Positions 51,087-64,000 of a stretch of DNA of 64,000 nucleotides are shown here, one piece after another. Numbering within the stretch: the stretch's first letter is position 1; each line of letters opens with the position of its first letter. The DNA comes from Camelus ferus (Eukaryota). A program made the translations under genes and the position numbers. The notes under the pieces are model-generated. The model saw nothing but the letters and a program-made list of their open reading frames with translations, was not told the DNA's origin and ran no database searches. Location: NCBI RefSeq assembly GCF_009834535.1, contig NC_045697.1, forward strand, positions 43,588,001-43,652,000. The letters run 5' to 3'.

Positions 51087-51753
51087 CTGAAAGAAAGAGA
51101 AAATATTTCATTGTGCAGCTCCGGGCACCCCCAAAAAACAATATAATAGAAGCTTTTATGTGCTCCCTCACAACAGCCTATTGTGTTCTGAAGTAAAAGC
51201 ACAGTTCGATTCCTAAGTCTCTTGGAGGACAAAACTCTAATGGAAGAAAGCTCCCACCCTACCAGACTGTCAGTCTCCATTCCTGACCAAGACAAGCTGA
51301 AGCGTCTTTGGTCTTGGCCCTATGAGCTTGACAATACTGTAAGACTCGCTTGCTTTCCTTGAGTTCCTTAATCTATTTTCTTTCTTCTCATCTTTTCTCC
51401 TTTGAAAAAACAACTTCTTTCAATTTATATGAAGGCATGATGGGAAATCAAATAATTGAAGACTATGAAGATGAATTGAGCAACATTTTAATACACGTGC
51501 CAAGGCCATCACTTTGATGCAGTACATAGGAATGAAACAAATACTCTCACCTCCCCCCATTTAAAAGAAAAAGCAAGTACTTGGTTATATACCAATCATT
51601 AGGTTACAATATAACACAGCTATGTATTGATTCAAAATAAAAAACATGAAGAATATACCAAAAATTTTTAAAAAGAAACAAATATTCTCTTTGTGGACAC
51701 AGCTAAGAAAACGGACAATCCTATTAATGGCTGGGAGGAAGGAAATATTTCAC

Positions 51754-51828
51754 CTGCTCTCTGGCAGCTGTCCAACCAATGTGGTTCCCATAACCAACAA
51801 ACCGATCCCAATGAAAGCCAAGGTAACC
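51754..51828 (-). CDS. GPAT3: GPAT3 coding exon 4 (75 nt): VTLAFIGIGLLVMGTTLVGQLPESS
   Basis: Acceptor tttttcag|G and donor AG|gtgaaa. Hydrophobic membrane segment, in phase with neighbouring exons. Confidence 0.96.
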
Positions 51829-51964
51829 CTGAAAAAGAAAAGAAAAGGTAATGCAAAAGCTAGCTGAACAGGATGGCAGAAAGGGAAAGAACATAAAGTT
51901 TGTAAATAATGAAACTGTAAAAAAGTGGTAGAGCATTCACGCTATGGAATATGATACAGCCATT

Positions 51965-52458
51965 TGTGAACGAAAATACTCCAATGTGAATGAAAATACT
52001 GCAAACATATCAGTAAACAAAGAATGCTGAAACCAAGTCATCAGCGGCTGCGGCCACCCCCCAGTGAGGACAGGCCTGCAGCCCAGCCTCTGCAGCCACT
52101 CACAATGGTGCACTCCGAGCGGACTCAGAATAAGAAAGGACAGGATACTGGCCCTAGATAGCTAGGTGCTTGTCAAAGGAATGAATTCAGTGAGCCCAAA
52201 TGTTTGCTTCCTCCCATACATAGAAAAGCACTAAATTCTTTAACTTGAGATGCCTGGTTTTCTTTAGATAACAAGTAATCTTTTATTGTTCCAACTACCT
52301 GGTCTTTGTTGTAAAGCTCCTATATATCCTAGCTCCTCCCCTACCTCTTCAGAGAAGTCCCTCAGAACCATCTGAGAGGCTGTCATCCCAGCTCGAGTCC
52401 TCCCGCCAAATAAAACATAACTTTTAACTTTAAGGCTGCGCGTTTGTTTCAGTCGGCA
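51965..52458 (+). mobile_element. Solo LTR, ERV1 type (494 bp), antisense in intron 3
   Basis: TG...CA termini, 4-bp TSD CATT (51961..51964 and 52459..52462), TATATA at 52321 and AATAAA at 52409..52414. Confidence 0.9.
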
Positions 52459-52658
52459 CATTGAAAGAACTGGGCAAATCTGTAGATTCTGACGTGGGAG
52501 AACAGTTTTTGGTACATTTTGAGAGAAAAGAAAGCAAAGTAAGTTTCAAAAGAATGTGTAGAGTATAATAGCATTTTCAGTAGAACAGCAAGCACGTAAC
52601 TAGTCCATAGACACATAGAGCAGGCCTGGAAATTTGTTCACAAAGCTGCCAAGTTCAA

Positions 52659-52737
52659 GGGGGGTGGGTATAGCTCAGTGGTAGAGTGCATGCTTAGCAT
52701 GCACAAGATCCTGATTCAATCCCTAGTACCTCCATTA

Positions 52738-52830
<93 letters not shown>

Positions 52831-52858
52831 AAAGAAAAGAACCCCCCCCAAAACAAAC
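52659..52858 (+). mobile_element. tRNA-derived camelid SINE (vic-1 type) with an expanded internal microsatellite
   Basis: A-box intact and B-box damaged. Degenerate TSD ending aagttcaa at 52642..52658 and 52859..52875. Confidence 0.88.
52741..52841 (+). repeat. Compound tetranucleotide microsatellite (GATA)8(GAAA)~14
   Basis: Read directly from the sequence. Confidence 0.97.
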
Positions 52859-55493
52859 AAAACTGTAAAGTTCAATCTATGGAAACATCAAAGGGTTAAA
52901 GCGGGCTAGTGAAGAGAATAAATTAAAAGTCTTGCCCTTCTGCTTTTCTGAATTTTTTTTTAATTTTTAAATACACACATATTAACATTTTGTATAATAT
53001 AAGAATTTTATGTTGTACAAAGGAGTCATTTAGGTTGAAAGTAGTTATTCTGATGGGATATTTTGGTGTGGAGTGGTATTACTATAAAAGGAAATATCTT
53101 GCAAAGGTCTGAAAATAACTTGTTTTTCTGTGTTTTTTAATGACGAGGCAAAAGAGTGCAATTCAACTTCTTCTCAAAAGGATTTAAAATTTACAGCAAA
53201 TGGCAAGAAAGTTTTACTTATAAAGGCTCTATCATAATAAGAACACCAAATTATATCACCATGTAGGAATTCTTCCATGCAAATCTAACCTTTGTGTGTT
53301 TCAAGCTAACTCGTAAGTTAGTTACCAAGATGACTAACAACACCTCTAAACTTCACCTTCTCATTTTTGAAAAGTAATCTTAATATATGTGCTAATCACT
53401 CAAAAAGAAAAGTCATTTTTAAAGATGTAAATAGGATTATTCAAAAAGAAAAGGGTGAGATTTTAAAACTTTCAAAATAAACAGTGTCTCATAATTTAAG
53501 GTGTTTAACCTTGTGAAAGTCTTGGTTTAACACCTATGCCAGCAATCTGAAGGTTCATTTCAGTTTTCTTTAGATGCCATATTTTCATGTCAGACAGTAA
53601 TGCAATAACTAAATGACTGCTTAATTTCATCCATCAATTACGCAAATGTTTTAAAATAATGCCATCTTGTCCTAATGAGAATAACTTGTTCCTACACATT
53701 AAATCAGAAGAGGTTACATTTTACCATGTTTAACAACTGGGTTCAAAACCATTGAACATTTTTATTTGCTAAATTAACAGGCCAGGAAACTCTTGTTTTC
53801 CAGTTTAAGCCAACATGAGAGATCTCACGGAAGACACAAGTTTTCTGCCACAGTCTGTTCTGCTTAAGAGCTTTACTGAGATTAAAATCCATGTCATACA
53901 ATTCACCCACTTAAAGTGTATAATTCAACAGTTTTTGGCATATTCACAGAGTTGTGCAACCATCACTAAAATCAATTTCAGCACAATCTGTTTTTAAATG
54001 CTCACTTTGTAGCAACTGTCTCCTTTAAAAAGCATTTACAAAGCAATTCTTCCACATCGAAGAGTATGTACTACCCGTCGGAGTGTCAGTTTTGCCATTG
54101 TCTTCTTGTTCTTGGGTGCTTACATTACTGGATTGTCCTAAATCTGTGGTATCTTTGCAAGAATCATGTCTATTTTGTGAACGTCAGTTTAAACTAGATA
54201 ACAGAATCGTAACACTCTTTGCTGGGCACCCACAGCAGGTGAGGAGAGCTAACCAACTAATAAGGACATCTCAAGTACTCCGGGTTGTAAAATCCTCTCT
54301 CTGCCCTCAGGTTGCCTTGGATACGGTGCCTAACCCAAGTGAAGATTTAAGAGTCCACCTAGATATTCCACTTTACTGATGTTTCATTTCTTTATAAGCA
54401 TGAAAATAGAGTTATAAAAAGACTAGAAAATGCTAATAAATAAAAGCTCAAATATTTCCTTCCTACATACCAATGGCTAGTCTTGTGCATCCCCAGAGCA
54501 CATGAACCCCACTTTGGGAACACTGGCATAATGATCAAGCAAAAATGTATCCGAATTTCACTTTGTTATCACAGCTGAAATGATTCCCAAAAGACATACC
54601 ATGCCCTGGCATCAGACTCTGGCAACACGAGCACAAGAAAACAGAAAGAGCTCCTCAGAAATGTGCCTTTACCTACTTAAGCAATCTCCTCTCCTGTAAT
54701 AAATCTGCATGAGGCAAGTACAGGCCATCCTAGGGATGGTAAAGAGGCTTCAACCCATGTGCCAATTTTAGTTGGTGGATAGCAACTGCCTGGAAACCTC
54801 CATGGAGAGCACACCACGGCCATGTCCAGGGCAATGAAGCAAGACAATGAGCAGCAATATCGCGACTGGCCCACGTGCCTACTACCTGCCACCACCGTGC
54901 TAGACAGACCTTCACCACTTCATCCCGCTGCCACTGTCACCTCTGCTACCTGTGTTCCAAACTGTGGTTCTGGGCTTTGAGGGTACCTCCTCGTGAGGTG
55001 GCACACAGACTTAGAACCAAAAGGGGACCCAACTGGGGAACTTTCAATAAGGAAGGTGAGTGACCATGATGAAATTGGATGCAACCAATTCACTCTTCTG
55101 AACTTCTCTCTCCCATGTGATAACCACTCCCAGGAATTTTTTTCTTTCCTGTGCGGCCATGAACGGCTACAGAACAGCAGAGAGTTTGGTTGACACTCTG
55201 GTGACTGAAACTGCAAATCCTCTCTTCTTTTTTCTAACTTCCCTTTTCTATCCATCTTCAAACTATGACTGAAAGCGCGTGACATGGGTCCAGATTAATA
55301 CATAGTAGGTGGGATTAATCCCAGTAATACTATCATATGGCCATTACATACATGGATTAAAAAGAAAGCTGCTCACTTTGCTGTATATCTGAAACATATA
55401 GCACTGTATACCAACTATACTTCAGTTAAAAAAATTTGGAAAAAAAAAAAAGCTGAACCAATTATACCATCAAATTCCTGGGAGGAGACATAC

Positions 55494-55764
55494 CTCAGAG
55501 GTAGTAGGATACAGTAGCGCACTAGGACGCCCAGCACCCATACCACGGTGAGCCGCGGACTGATGTACTGGAAATTTACATTGGTCCTTGTGAGGAGATT
55601 CCATGACACTAGCTCCTCTGAGGAGAACCTCTGGGTCACCTCGTCTTCCACAATGGCTTCCAATCCCTTCTTGGAGAAATAAAACACGTCAGACAGCTCA
55701 AAGTCCCTTCCTCGCAGACCAGAGAGCCCTTTTTCCATGGGTGACTCATCTCTTTGGATAATAC
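55494..55764 (-). CDS. GPAT3: GPAT3 coding exon 3 (271 nt): GIIQRDESPMEKGLSGLRGRDFELSDVFYFSKKG...YCILLPLR
   Basis: Acceptor tttaag|GT and donor AG|gtatgt. Overlaps ORF 55415..55738. Confidence 0.97.
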
Positions 55765-57989
55765 CTTAAAAGAAAGCATCAGGACATGAGAAAATGCCAC
55801 AGGACAGAGGAACAACTGACCAAAGAGGTTATTTTAACTGTGCTGAATGAAGACAAATACATTTAATGGGTAACATGAAGCAGATTTCAGAAATAAAAGA
55901 CAAGCCAACAGCAGTGGGAAAAGAGTTTGTCTGAAATGGCTTGTACCCAATGATCTCAACTCATTATGGAGGAATTTAGTCCTCAATAACCCTCCTGCCT
56001 GCATTTACTCCCTATATACCATTAGCAAAAGAACTCACAGAAACAAACTCTCCCCAAGTTTAGATCTAGACTGTGTAAAAACAAAGATTTATGTTCGCCA
56101 CAGATAAAATCTATAAAGCCAAAAAGCAAGCAAAATGGTCAAAGGTACTTATTTATCACAAATGGCGGAAGATTGGTGTTTTCAGTATGTAAAAACTATT
56201 TAATAAGAAAAACACAGCTCCCGCAAAAAAGTTGGCAAAGTTCATGAACTGGATTTATAGAAACAACATTAGTTAATAAATATATCCAAGCCTTTTTTAC
56301 TAATAATCAAAGAAACCTGAATTAGACAAAGACTAGCCTATTTACATGAACAAATCAGCAACATTTTTGTTTAATGATGAAGTTCAAAGACAGAAATGAT
56401 ACAGGTACTCTCATATTCAATTTGTATGTGTGTGGAACTCGGAGCAGCTCTGTCAAAATCTGTTTGGCATGAAGAGGCTAAAAATAGTTTTGCTGATTAT
56501 TCAATAATTCCAATTCTAGGACTCTGACATTAGAAGATAGTCAGAAATGTAGGCAACAGTGTTCACTGTAGTATTTTCTATTGTAGTCGATCCAGACAGT
56601 GAGATACAGTGCACCCATTAATAAACACTGTAATGTTAAGTGAAAAAAGCCAGGATCCAAAACTATGGTTTATTCTTAACTCTATGAAATACATACACAG
56701 TAAAAATGTCAAAAAGGAAACATTAAGTGGTTATCTCTGGGCAAGAAGACGACTTTTCCTCTTTATACTGTTACTGTATTTTCCATACTGAAAATAATTC
56801 AAAGATTTTTAAAGTAGCATAACTTGGGTAAATCGAAAAATGACTTCTGCCATCCAGTTCTAATCACTAAATAAAAATAATAGATGAGAAGATCTTCAAA
56901 GAATAAAAAGTAGCTATATGCCAGTGATATGGCTGTCCATCTGTCCCTCTGGGGTGTATCACAGAGGAATTCACGTCCCACATTAGAAAAATCAAGACTT
57001 AAGATGTTAAATTTCCTGAAAGATCTTCTTTGATTTTCTCACTTTTCAGTTTACTAAGAAATCAGTGAGGAGAGTGCTATTATCTATCCTCTGGAGAACC
57101 TGGGTGTGCATCCATAGAAAGAGCTATAATATATCCTTTTTTTTGAAGGAATAGCAGCGTATGCACTGGAGTAGAAAGTAAAGAGGATCTGGAATCCAAA
57201 GTCAACTTCTGTTAGGACCATTACCAGCTAGCTCCATGAGTGTGGGTAACAGGTAAGTCACCTAACGTGGTGTCTTCCCTTATAAAATGGGGCTGGGGTT
57301 GAGAATGTATTTAATATCCTTGGGAAGGAAGACTAAAGTTTTCTGATTTTACTTTGGGGTTTTTGGGTGGGTTTTGGTGTGTTTGTTTTTGCCCACATGC
57401 AAAGCTAATACCTAATCACCTTAAGAAAGCAAGCAATAAAGTTAAGTTTGTGAATGCTCATCAGATTATCTTTTTCAGTAGTGCACTCCAAGTGGTTTAA
57501 CCTTTCTTCATCTCTGAAAAGGATTTGATCCACATTAGAGAAGGAACCAGAAAGTGTTGCTACTGAATTACCCTTTGGCTCCGTAGGTACTGCAGTACCA
57601 CTCGGAGCAGCTTACGCAATCCAAGCACTGGCCAATATTTAGCAGTGCAAGAGTTTCATTATTTAGCAATGGAGATTTTTTTTTTAAGTCTAGAAGGGGA
57701 GGGAAGAACAGTTCTTCAGGAAATCTCTAAATGAAACACACTGGAGACAGGAGACAGCCCTTCCAAAATTAACCTTTTTCAGAGGGACCAGAGGTAAGAA
57801 TACAAGTTCAAGTTGCCTCACATTATTTAACTGAGCCAGGAGAGAAGAAATCTGTAAAGAGAAGCCAGCCCCTTGGCCCCTGCACACTTGATGTGCAATG
57901 TTTTCTTTGCCCCTGACCTACTTTATTCTGTGTAACTCAAATAAAATATAATTCAATTTTATATTTTCCTTAAGCTTCTTCCAAAAGTA

Positions 57990-60610
57990 TGTGGAAAACA
58001 ACAATGCATCTAATTGACAAAAGATTCATTTCCAGAATATATTAAAACATACAAAAAATTAATAAGGAAAAGTCTTCAAAGAACTCAGTTAAAAAATGGC
58101 TAAGTATATGACAAGCAATTCATAAAAAGAGTAAGTCTTAATGACTTACTTTTATTTTTTCATTTTTTTATTGAAGTGTAGTTGATTTACAATGTTAATT
58201 TCAGGTGTACAGCAAAGCAATTCAGTTATACATATACAGACATACATAAATATTTTTTCAGTTTCTTTTCCATTACAGCTCATTACAAAAAACTGAATAA
58301 AGTTCCCTGTGTTATACAGTAGGTCCTTGTTGTTTATCTATTTTATATATAGTAATGTGAATCTGCTAATCCCAAATTCTTAATCTACCCACTCCTCCCC
58401 CCTTGCCCCTGGTAACTAGTTTGTTTTCTACATCTGTGAGTCTATTACCAGTTTGTAAATCTGTATCTTTTTTTTTTCAATTCCACACACATACAAACCA
58501 CATCATATGATAAATGTCCTTCTCTGTCTGACTTACTTCACATAATATGATAATCTCTAGGTCCATCTATGTGCTGCAAATGGCATTGTTTCATTCTTTT
58601 TTATGGCTGAGTAGTATTCCATCATATATATATATCTCTCACATCTCCTTTATTTATCCATCTGTCAGTGGACATTTAGGTTGTTTCCATGTCTTGGCTA
58701 TTGTAAATAGTGCTGCTGTAAACACTGGGGTGCATGTATCTTTTTGAATTATAGTTTTCTACAGATATATGCCCAGGAGTGGGACTGCTGGATCATATGA
58801 TAAGTCCGTTTTTAGTTTTTCAAGGAACCTCCATATTGTCCTTAATGACTTACTTTTAAATAAACATTTTTTAAAATGTTCAACTTTACTATAATCAGAG
58901 AAATGCAAACTAAAACCACAATGACATACTATTTCATACCTACGAAAATAAAAAAATTTTAACTGAATAAGTGTGGGTAAAGATTTGAGACAATGGACAT
59001 GTAATAAGCACAACCACACTGGAAAACAATTTGGCACTGCCTAGTAAATTTAAATATTCATAGCCCACAGCAATTCTACTCCCAGGCATACCTCAGGAAG
59101 GTTTTTTGCTTAATAATTTCAAATATACAGAAAAGTTGCAACAATAGTTCACTTTACCCAGATCCACGAATTGCCAACATTTTGTCACAGCTGCTTTACC
59201 ATTGTATCTCTGTATGTAAAAACAGTATTTTTTTCCTGAACCACTTGAAAATAAATTGCAGACACTATGCCTTTTACCCTCAAATATTTCAGCATGGATT
59301 TCCTTAAGATACTGAGCTTCACTCATTTAACCACAGTACAATTATCAAAATCAGGTAATTGACATTACTGCAATACTAGTATCTAATCTACACACCTTAT
59401 TCAAATTCTGACAATGATTCCAATAATATCTTTCATAGCATTTTTTTCTGGTCTAGGGTTCAACCCAGGATTGTACATTACCTTTCCATGTCACCTTTTT
59501 AGTTTCCTATTTTATGAAACGGCTCCTCAGCCTTTCTTTGTTTTTTAAGATAATGACATAGCTTAAGAGTACAAGCTTTTTATTTTGTAGAATGTCTCTG
59601 AATTTGGATTAATCTGATGTCTCTTCACGATCAGATGCGGGTTGTACACTGTGGGCAGGACTACTATGTAAGTGATGCTGTATCCTTCTCAGTGCATCAC
59701 CTGGGTAGGCACAGATGTCAGACTGTCCCGTCAATGGTGATGTTTAACTCTTATCACTTGGTTTGAGGTAGTCAGTGCTTACAGGGTTTGTCCACTGTGA
59801 AGTTACTCTTTTCCTGTTTTTGATTACTAGATAATTATTACCTGCAAGTATCCATAAAGAGGAGATACTTTAAGACTATGGAAATATCCTGCTCCTCACA
59901 CTTTTATCCCATTGTATTAGCAGCTACTGATGGCCTTGCCTGAATAAACTGGCACTATGTTTCTTTTAAAATAGTATTTTCTCCCTCCTTCGTTCCCTTC
60001 ACATTTATTATTTGGCATTCCACTTTAAGGAAGCGCTTTTCCCTTATATTCTAGAGAGATTCTTATAAAATTGTGTACAAGTAGACATACATAAGAACAC
60101 CATCTTGCCATACTGTTTACAATAGCAAAGCAGTGGAATCAATACAAAGGTCCATTCCATAGGTAGATATATAGCAGTATATACAAATATCAAATCATTA
60201 TACTATACACCTGAAACTAATATAATGTTACATGTCAACTACACCTCAAAAAGTAAATAAATGGTAGCTCATAATTTTTTTAAATGGATATATGAAGTGT
60301 ATACTACACAGCAGTTAAAAGAAATTAACTAAACATTTACCAACTTAGATAATTCACAAACATCAGAATAAACAATTCAGAATAATCTATGAAAGGTGAT
60401 ACTGAATAATGTAAAGCAATAAATACTATGTATTGTCTAAGGGTACAGACATATACAGAAGTACGAAATATGCATAAAAATAATAAACATCAAAATCAGA
60501 GGAGTAGTTTCAGGGATTGGCAGGGCAATGGAATCAGGGAGGGATAAACAGAATTTGTTTTGTGAAGTTTTATTTATTACATTAGGTGGTGGCTACACAC
60601 ATGCTAGAAC
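57990..60610. mobile_element. Nested old L1 fragments (+ strand host interrupted by a minus-strand L1MB/MC-like piece at ~59100-60040)
   Basis: L1-like text resumes on both sides of the insertions. Boundaries approximate. Confidence 0.65.
58155..58840 (-). mobile_element. 5'-truncated L1 in intron 2, nested in an older + strand L1
   Basis: Perfect 18-bp TSD cttaatgacttactttta at 58137..58154 and 58841..58858. Confidence 0.93.
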
Positions 60611-63600
60611 AAAAGAAAAAACAAGTTACATGGAACTGACAGTTGTTCCTAAAATGAAGATCTATGTTGTAAGAGAGCAGGCACCAGCTTAAGAGTGCGT
60701 TAATAAGGCACACAAAATCTGCAATCAGGTATTATAAAATTAAATGTCAAAAGAAGTACTACTGAATATGTAATGTTACTTCCTTCTTGAAATATATTGA
60801 CTATTAAGGGTCAGAAACACTGATTCAATTCACCCTAAATATAATCTTCTAACAGCAAAAGATACTCAATTCAATCAACACATAAGGGACACTCACTATG
60901 TATCAGGCATCAAAGTACATGTTAGGAAAAAAAGAGGAAATATCTCTTTTGACACCAAAATTTATTCCTAAGTAGACCAACAGTCTTCAAAATATAGATA
61001 CAAATACATACCAGATTTAACTAGTACAGACAATTTTGATATTGGTTTTTATCATCATTAAGGAAATCTGTTATTATTAATAAATAAACCCTGATTCTTC
61101 AGAGCAACCTACAGTTCTTAAATTGGTAAAACTCTGATTCTAAGAAATACTTCCTTTTGTTCCAGAAAGCAGCTTCAAAAAAGGAAAGCCATAAACATTT
61201 GAACTTTGTCCTTACATCAAATGCTTTGGTAAACCCAACAAGGTTCATGCTTGGATGAAAATAAAATTAGAACAATTATCTCTAATGCAAGAGATGAATT
61301 TCACAAGCTGCCTGTGCCCCCCCCCCCCCCGCCTTGAGAAAGTCACTGGTACATAAATAATACCAGCTATGAAAGGCCTGTTAAAAGAAATGGAGGCTGA
61401 AGTTAAAACCATCTCAAATATAATTAACTCTAAATGAGCTGAGTGAACTCTTGGAATAACTGCCCATTTATAAATCATGCTAGTTTTCCCATCCTCCAGC
61501 TATAAAGTATGCTTTCTAGGTCAGTGATTACAGAAAATCAGAGTCCACTACAGACCAAAAATGGATATAACAGGCTTATGTATAGAAGTTGATCCTTGAC
61601 CTACCAATGGGCTGTCTTCCAAAAGACAGAAGAATCTCAGAGTTCAAAACACACTCTCCCATGGAAACTTTGTTGGAGTTAGTCTGTTTGAGCTAGAATC
61701 CTATCCCAACATAAGCCTAATTAACCCAAAGCATACGTAATCATATAGTAGCAGTACCATGAAATGAAATAGGAATCTCCTTTAGCACTGTTTCTACAAG
61801 ATTTAAAAATTAAATCTGGTTTGGAATTAACAACAACAACAAAAAATACTTCCTCATAGTGCAGTGACTTAAGAGGGGGCACTAGGGGACTTTCTGGGGC
61901 ACTGGTAATGTCCTATTTCTTGATCTAGATGAAAGGCTCATGAGTATGTTCACTTTGGGAAATCCACCAAGTTGTACATTTATAATTTTACACTCTTTTC
62001 TATGTATTTCTCATGCCTCAATTTCTTAAAAATTTTACTGGAGAGCTGCTGTACAATACTGCCTGTGGTTAACAATTCTGTATTGTATGCTTAAAATTTT
62101 GTTAAGAAGGTAGATCTTCAGTGTTCTTACCACAATTTTAGAAAAAAAAGAACTGAAGGAGGCAACACCCGTTAACCCCCGATTTCAGGGATTTATCCAT
62201 TACAGGATTAAAAACATATGACTTCTCTTAAAAAAAACGTTTATAACCCCCTACCCAATTATTAAGCAGCTGGGCAGGAAAGAGTTTACCTGTCCTACCA
62301 CCAACTACTGGTAGCAAGGTCTTTTTCTGGTATGAAGTCCTCCTCCGAGGGGCTCTGATCCTTCCCTCCCACGCCCCAATATCCTTCCTGATCCATAAGT
62401 GTGATTGGCCTCATTAAAAAGACAAAGGTAAAGTAGTTGTAAAGATCAACTGTATGCGGTGGGGGTTGGGGAGGGGGGTGGACCAGAGTGGCTGGGAGTA
62501 AAGAGCAGAAATATTCAGTGCCAAGCTCCAGAGAGGTAAGACCCATGTTTAAGCAATCACTTAGCCATAGTTCAAGGTTCTTGGACAACTCTAACAAGCC
62601 AGGGCCAAGGATAGATCTCTGGCATAGACCACCGAGCTCCATCCTCATTCTCCAACTCATTAATCATCACAGATATTAACACACTAATCAATGCATTATC
62701 TATGCAGTTATCTACTGCACAGGTTTCCAGTCCACTTTTTGCCACTTTTTTCAAAATAATTTACCTGTAACATTCCAAGGCTGCCTATATCATGGACAAA
62801 TCATTCCCTGGGCTATTAGTCAAGTGACAATTTCCTGCACATACATTAGGCGATTTGACTATGCTTACTTCACAGTGAACACTTTGTGTTCCAGATTACC
62901 ATGGCTTTCCTGCCTAAGCACTTTTTAAAAATCCAGTGTATTGTTGTTACCTTAGTTAAGTGTAATAATGGTTTCAGGATTATGTTTTTTAAAAAGTCAA
63001 GTTTTTGAGATGCCTCCCAAGGTGCTTAAAGGTAACATGACATACTATCTAGGATTATTTTTAAAATATTCCCATAAAGGACATTCATTAAGGTGAGTGA
63101 ATATGGTATTTCTGATTATTTATCTGTATTCTCTAACTTTCTACATTGCTTACATTCTGCATCTGTAATTAAAATTTTAATTAAAAAAAAAACTTCCACA
63201 AAGGAAAAAACTGAAAAAAAAAAAAAAAAGGATAGATGAAACAAATTCTTGTTGAATTTGAGTGATGGGTGTAAGTGGATTAATTATACTATTCTCTTTA
63301 TTTTTAAAATCTATTTAAGGAGCTCATTTGAAAAGTCAATTTAGCTGGGACTTAATTTCTTCATCTAAATTAACAGCACTCATTCATTCATTCAGTCAAT
63401 CATTACAGAGAGAGTACCAGACCAGGCACAAAAACACGTATTAGGGAGAGGGAAAAAGAGGAGTTGAATCTTTAGAATCCATAAAAATACAGATGTCAGG
63501 GCCCAACCCCAAACATACTAAACTAAAATATCAACCACATTTATAAAAAATATATGGAAATGGGGGAAACGCTATAAGGAAATACACCAAAATATTAGGG

Positions 63601-64000
63601 CTTTTCTGCGTCATGGGATATCATGTGGGTGATTTTTTTTTTAATGTTCTCATTTATACATCTGCACTGTAATTTTTCAATAAAGTATATGTATTATTTC
63701 ACATAGTGAGAGGAAGGTGCTCAAAATGCTATTTTTAAAAGCTAAACAAGATATGTACTACCACTTACACCCCCCAGCAATGGCTGTCATTCAAAAGGTC
63801 AAAAGTACCAAGCATTGAGGAGGCTATGGAGGAACTGGCAGGAAATCATCCATACCCCACGAGTGTACAACCAGGCTGGACTGCCACTCGGTTTCTAACA
63901 GTTAAGCATACACTTGTTTACCCTATGACCCAGGAAACACAAGTAAATAGGTTCACAGCGGTGGTCACAGCAGCTTTATTCCTAATGGCTAAAAACTGGA

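Larger units (their letters stand above)
33315..55764 (-). other. GPAT3: GPAT3 gene body (partial: exons 3-12 and 3' UTR; intron 2 continues past the right edge)
   Basis: Ten minus-strand exons splice in frame to a glycerol-3-phosphate acyltransferase with motifs NHTSPID, WFERSE, FPEGT and HPVAIK, closely matching recalled mammalian GPAT3. The 3' end is estimated from the distal AATAAA. Confidence 0.97.

Noticed and set aside
62458..62480. G-rich run as a G-quadruplex
   Set aside because: It has only three runs of 3 or more G plus flanking GG, with no supporting context.
62295..62900. 121-aa ORF / possible CR1(L3) relic
   Set aside because: No recognisable protein motif, and the resemblance to CR1 is too weak to call without a search.
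1..64000. A novel multi-gene system, CRISPR array or operon
   Set aside because: The sequence is intron- and repeat-rich mammalian DNA. There are no regularly spaced repeat-spacer arrays and no long ORFs apart from GPAT3 exons and L1 remnants.
55765..64000. GPAT3 exon 2
   Set aside because: No minus-strand segment encoding the expected WATIRIEKG-like peptide was seen, so intron 2 extends beyond the window.

Overview
This is mammalian genomic DNA, very probably from a camelid: it has multiple tRNA-Ala-derived vic-1-type SINEs and no recognisable Alu, BovA/BovB or PRE-1 SINEs. The only protein-coding gene is GPAT3 (AGPAT9) on the minus strand. Ten coding exons (exons 3-12 by analogy to human) lie between 55764 and 34446, all with GT-AG junctions, consistent phases and all four acyltransferase motifs, followed by a ~1.1 kb 3' UTR. 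Exons 1-2 lie beyond the right edge. The left ~33 kb is intergenic and consists mostly of old and young retroelements and DNA transposon fossils. I found no evidence for a new multi-gene system. The most interesting signals are small retrotransposition products: a tailed insertion of exactly the 3'-terminal 18 nt (with CCA) of tRNA-Phe ending at the m1A58 position, a SINE truncated at the equivalent position, a probable L1 3' transduction, nested long direct repeats in intron 6, and inverted L1 pairs bracketing exon blocks. There are also three CTCF-like motifs. Repeat family names come from recall of consensus sequences rather than a database search, and boundaries of old repeats are approximate.
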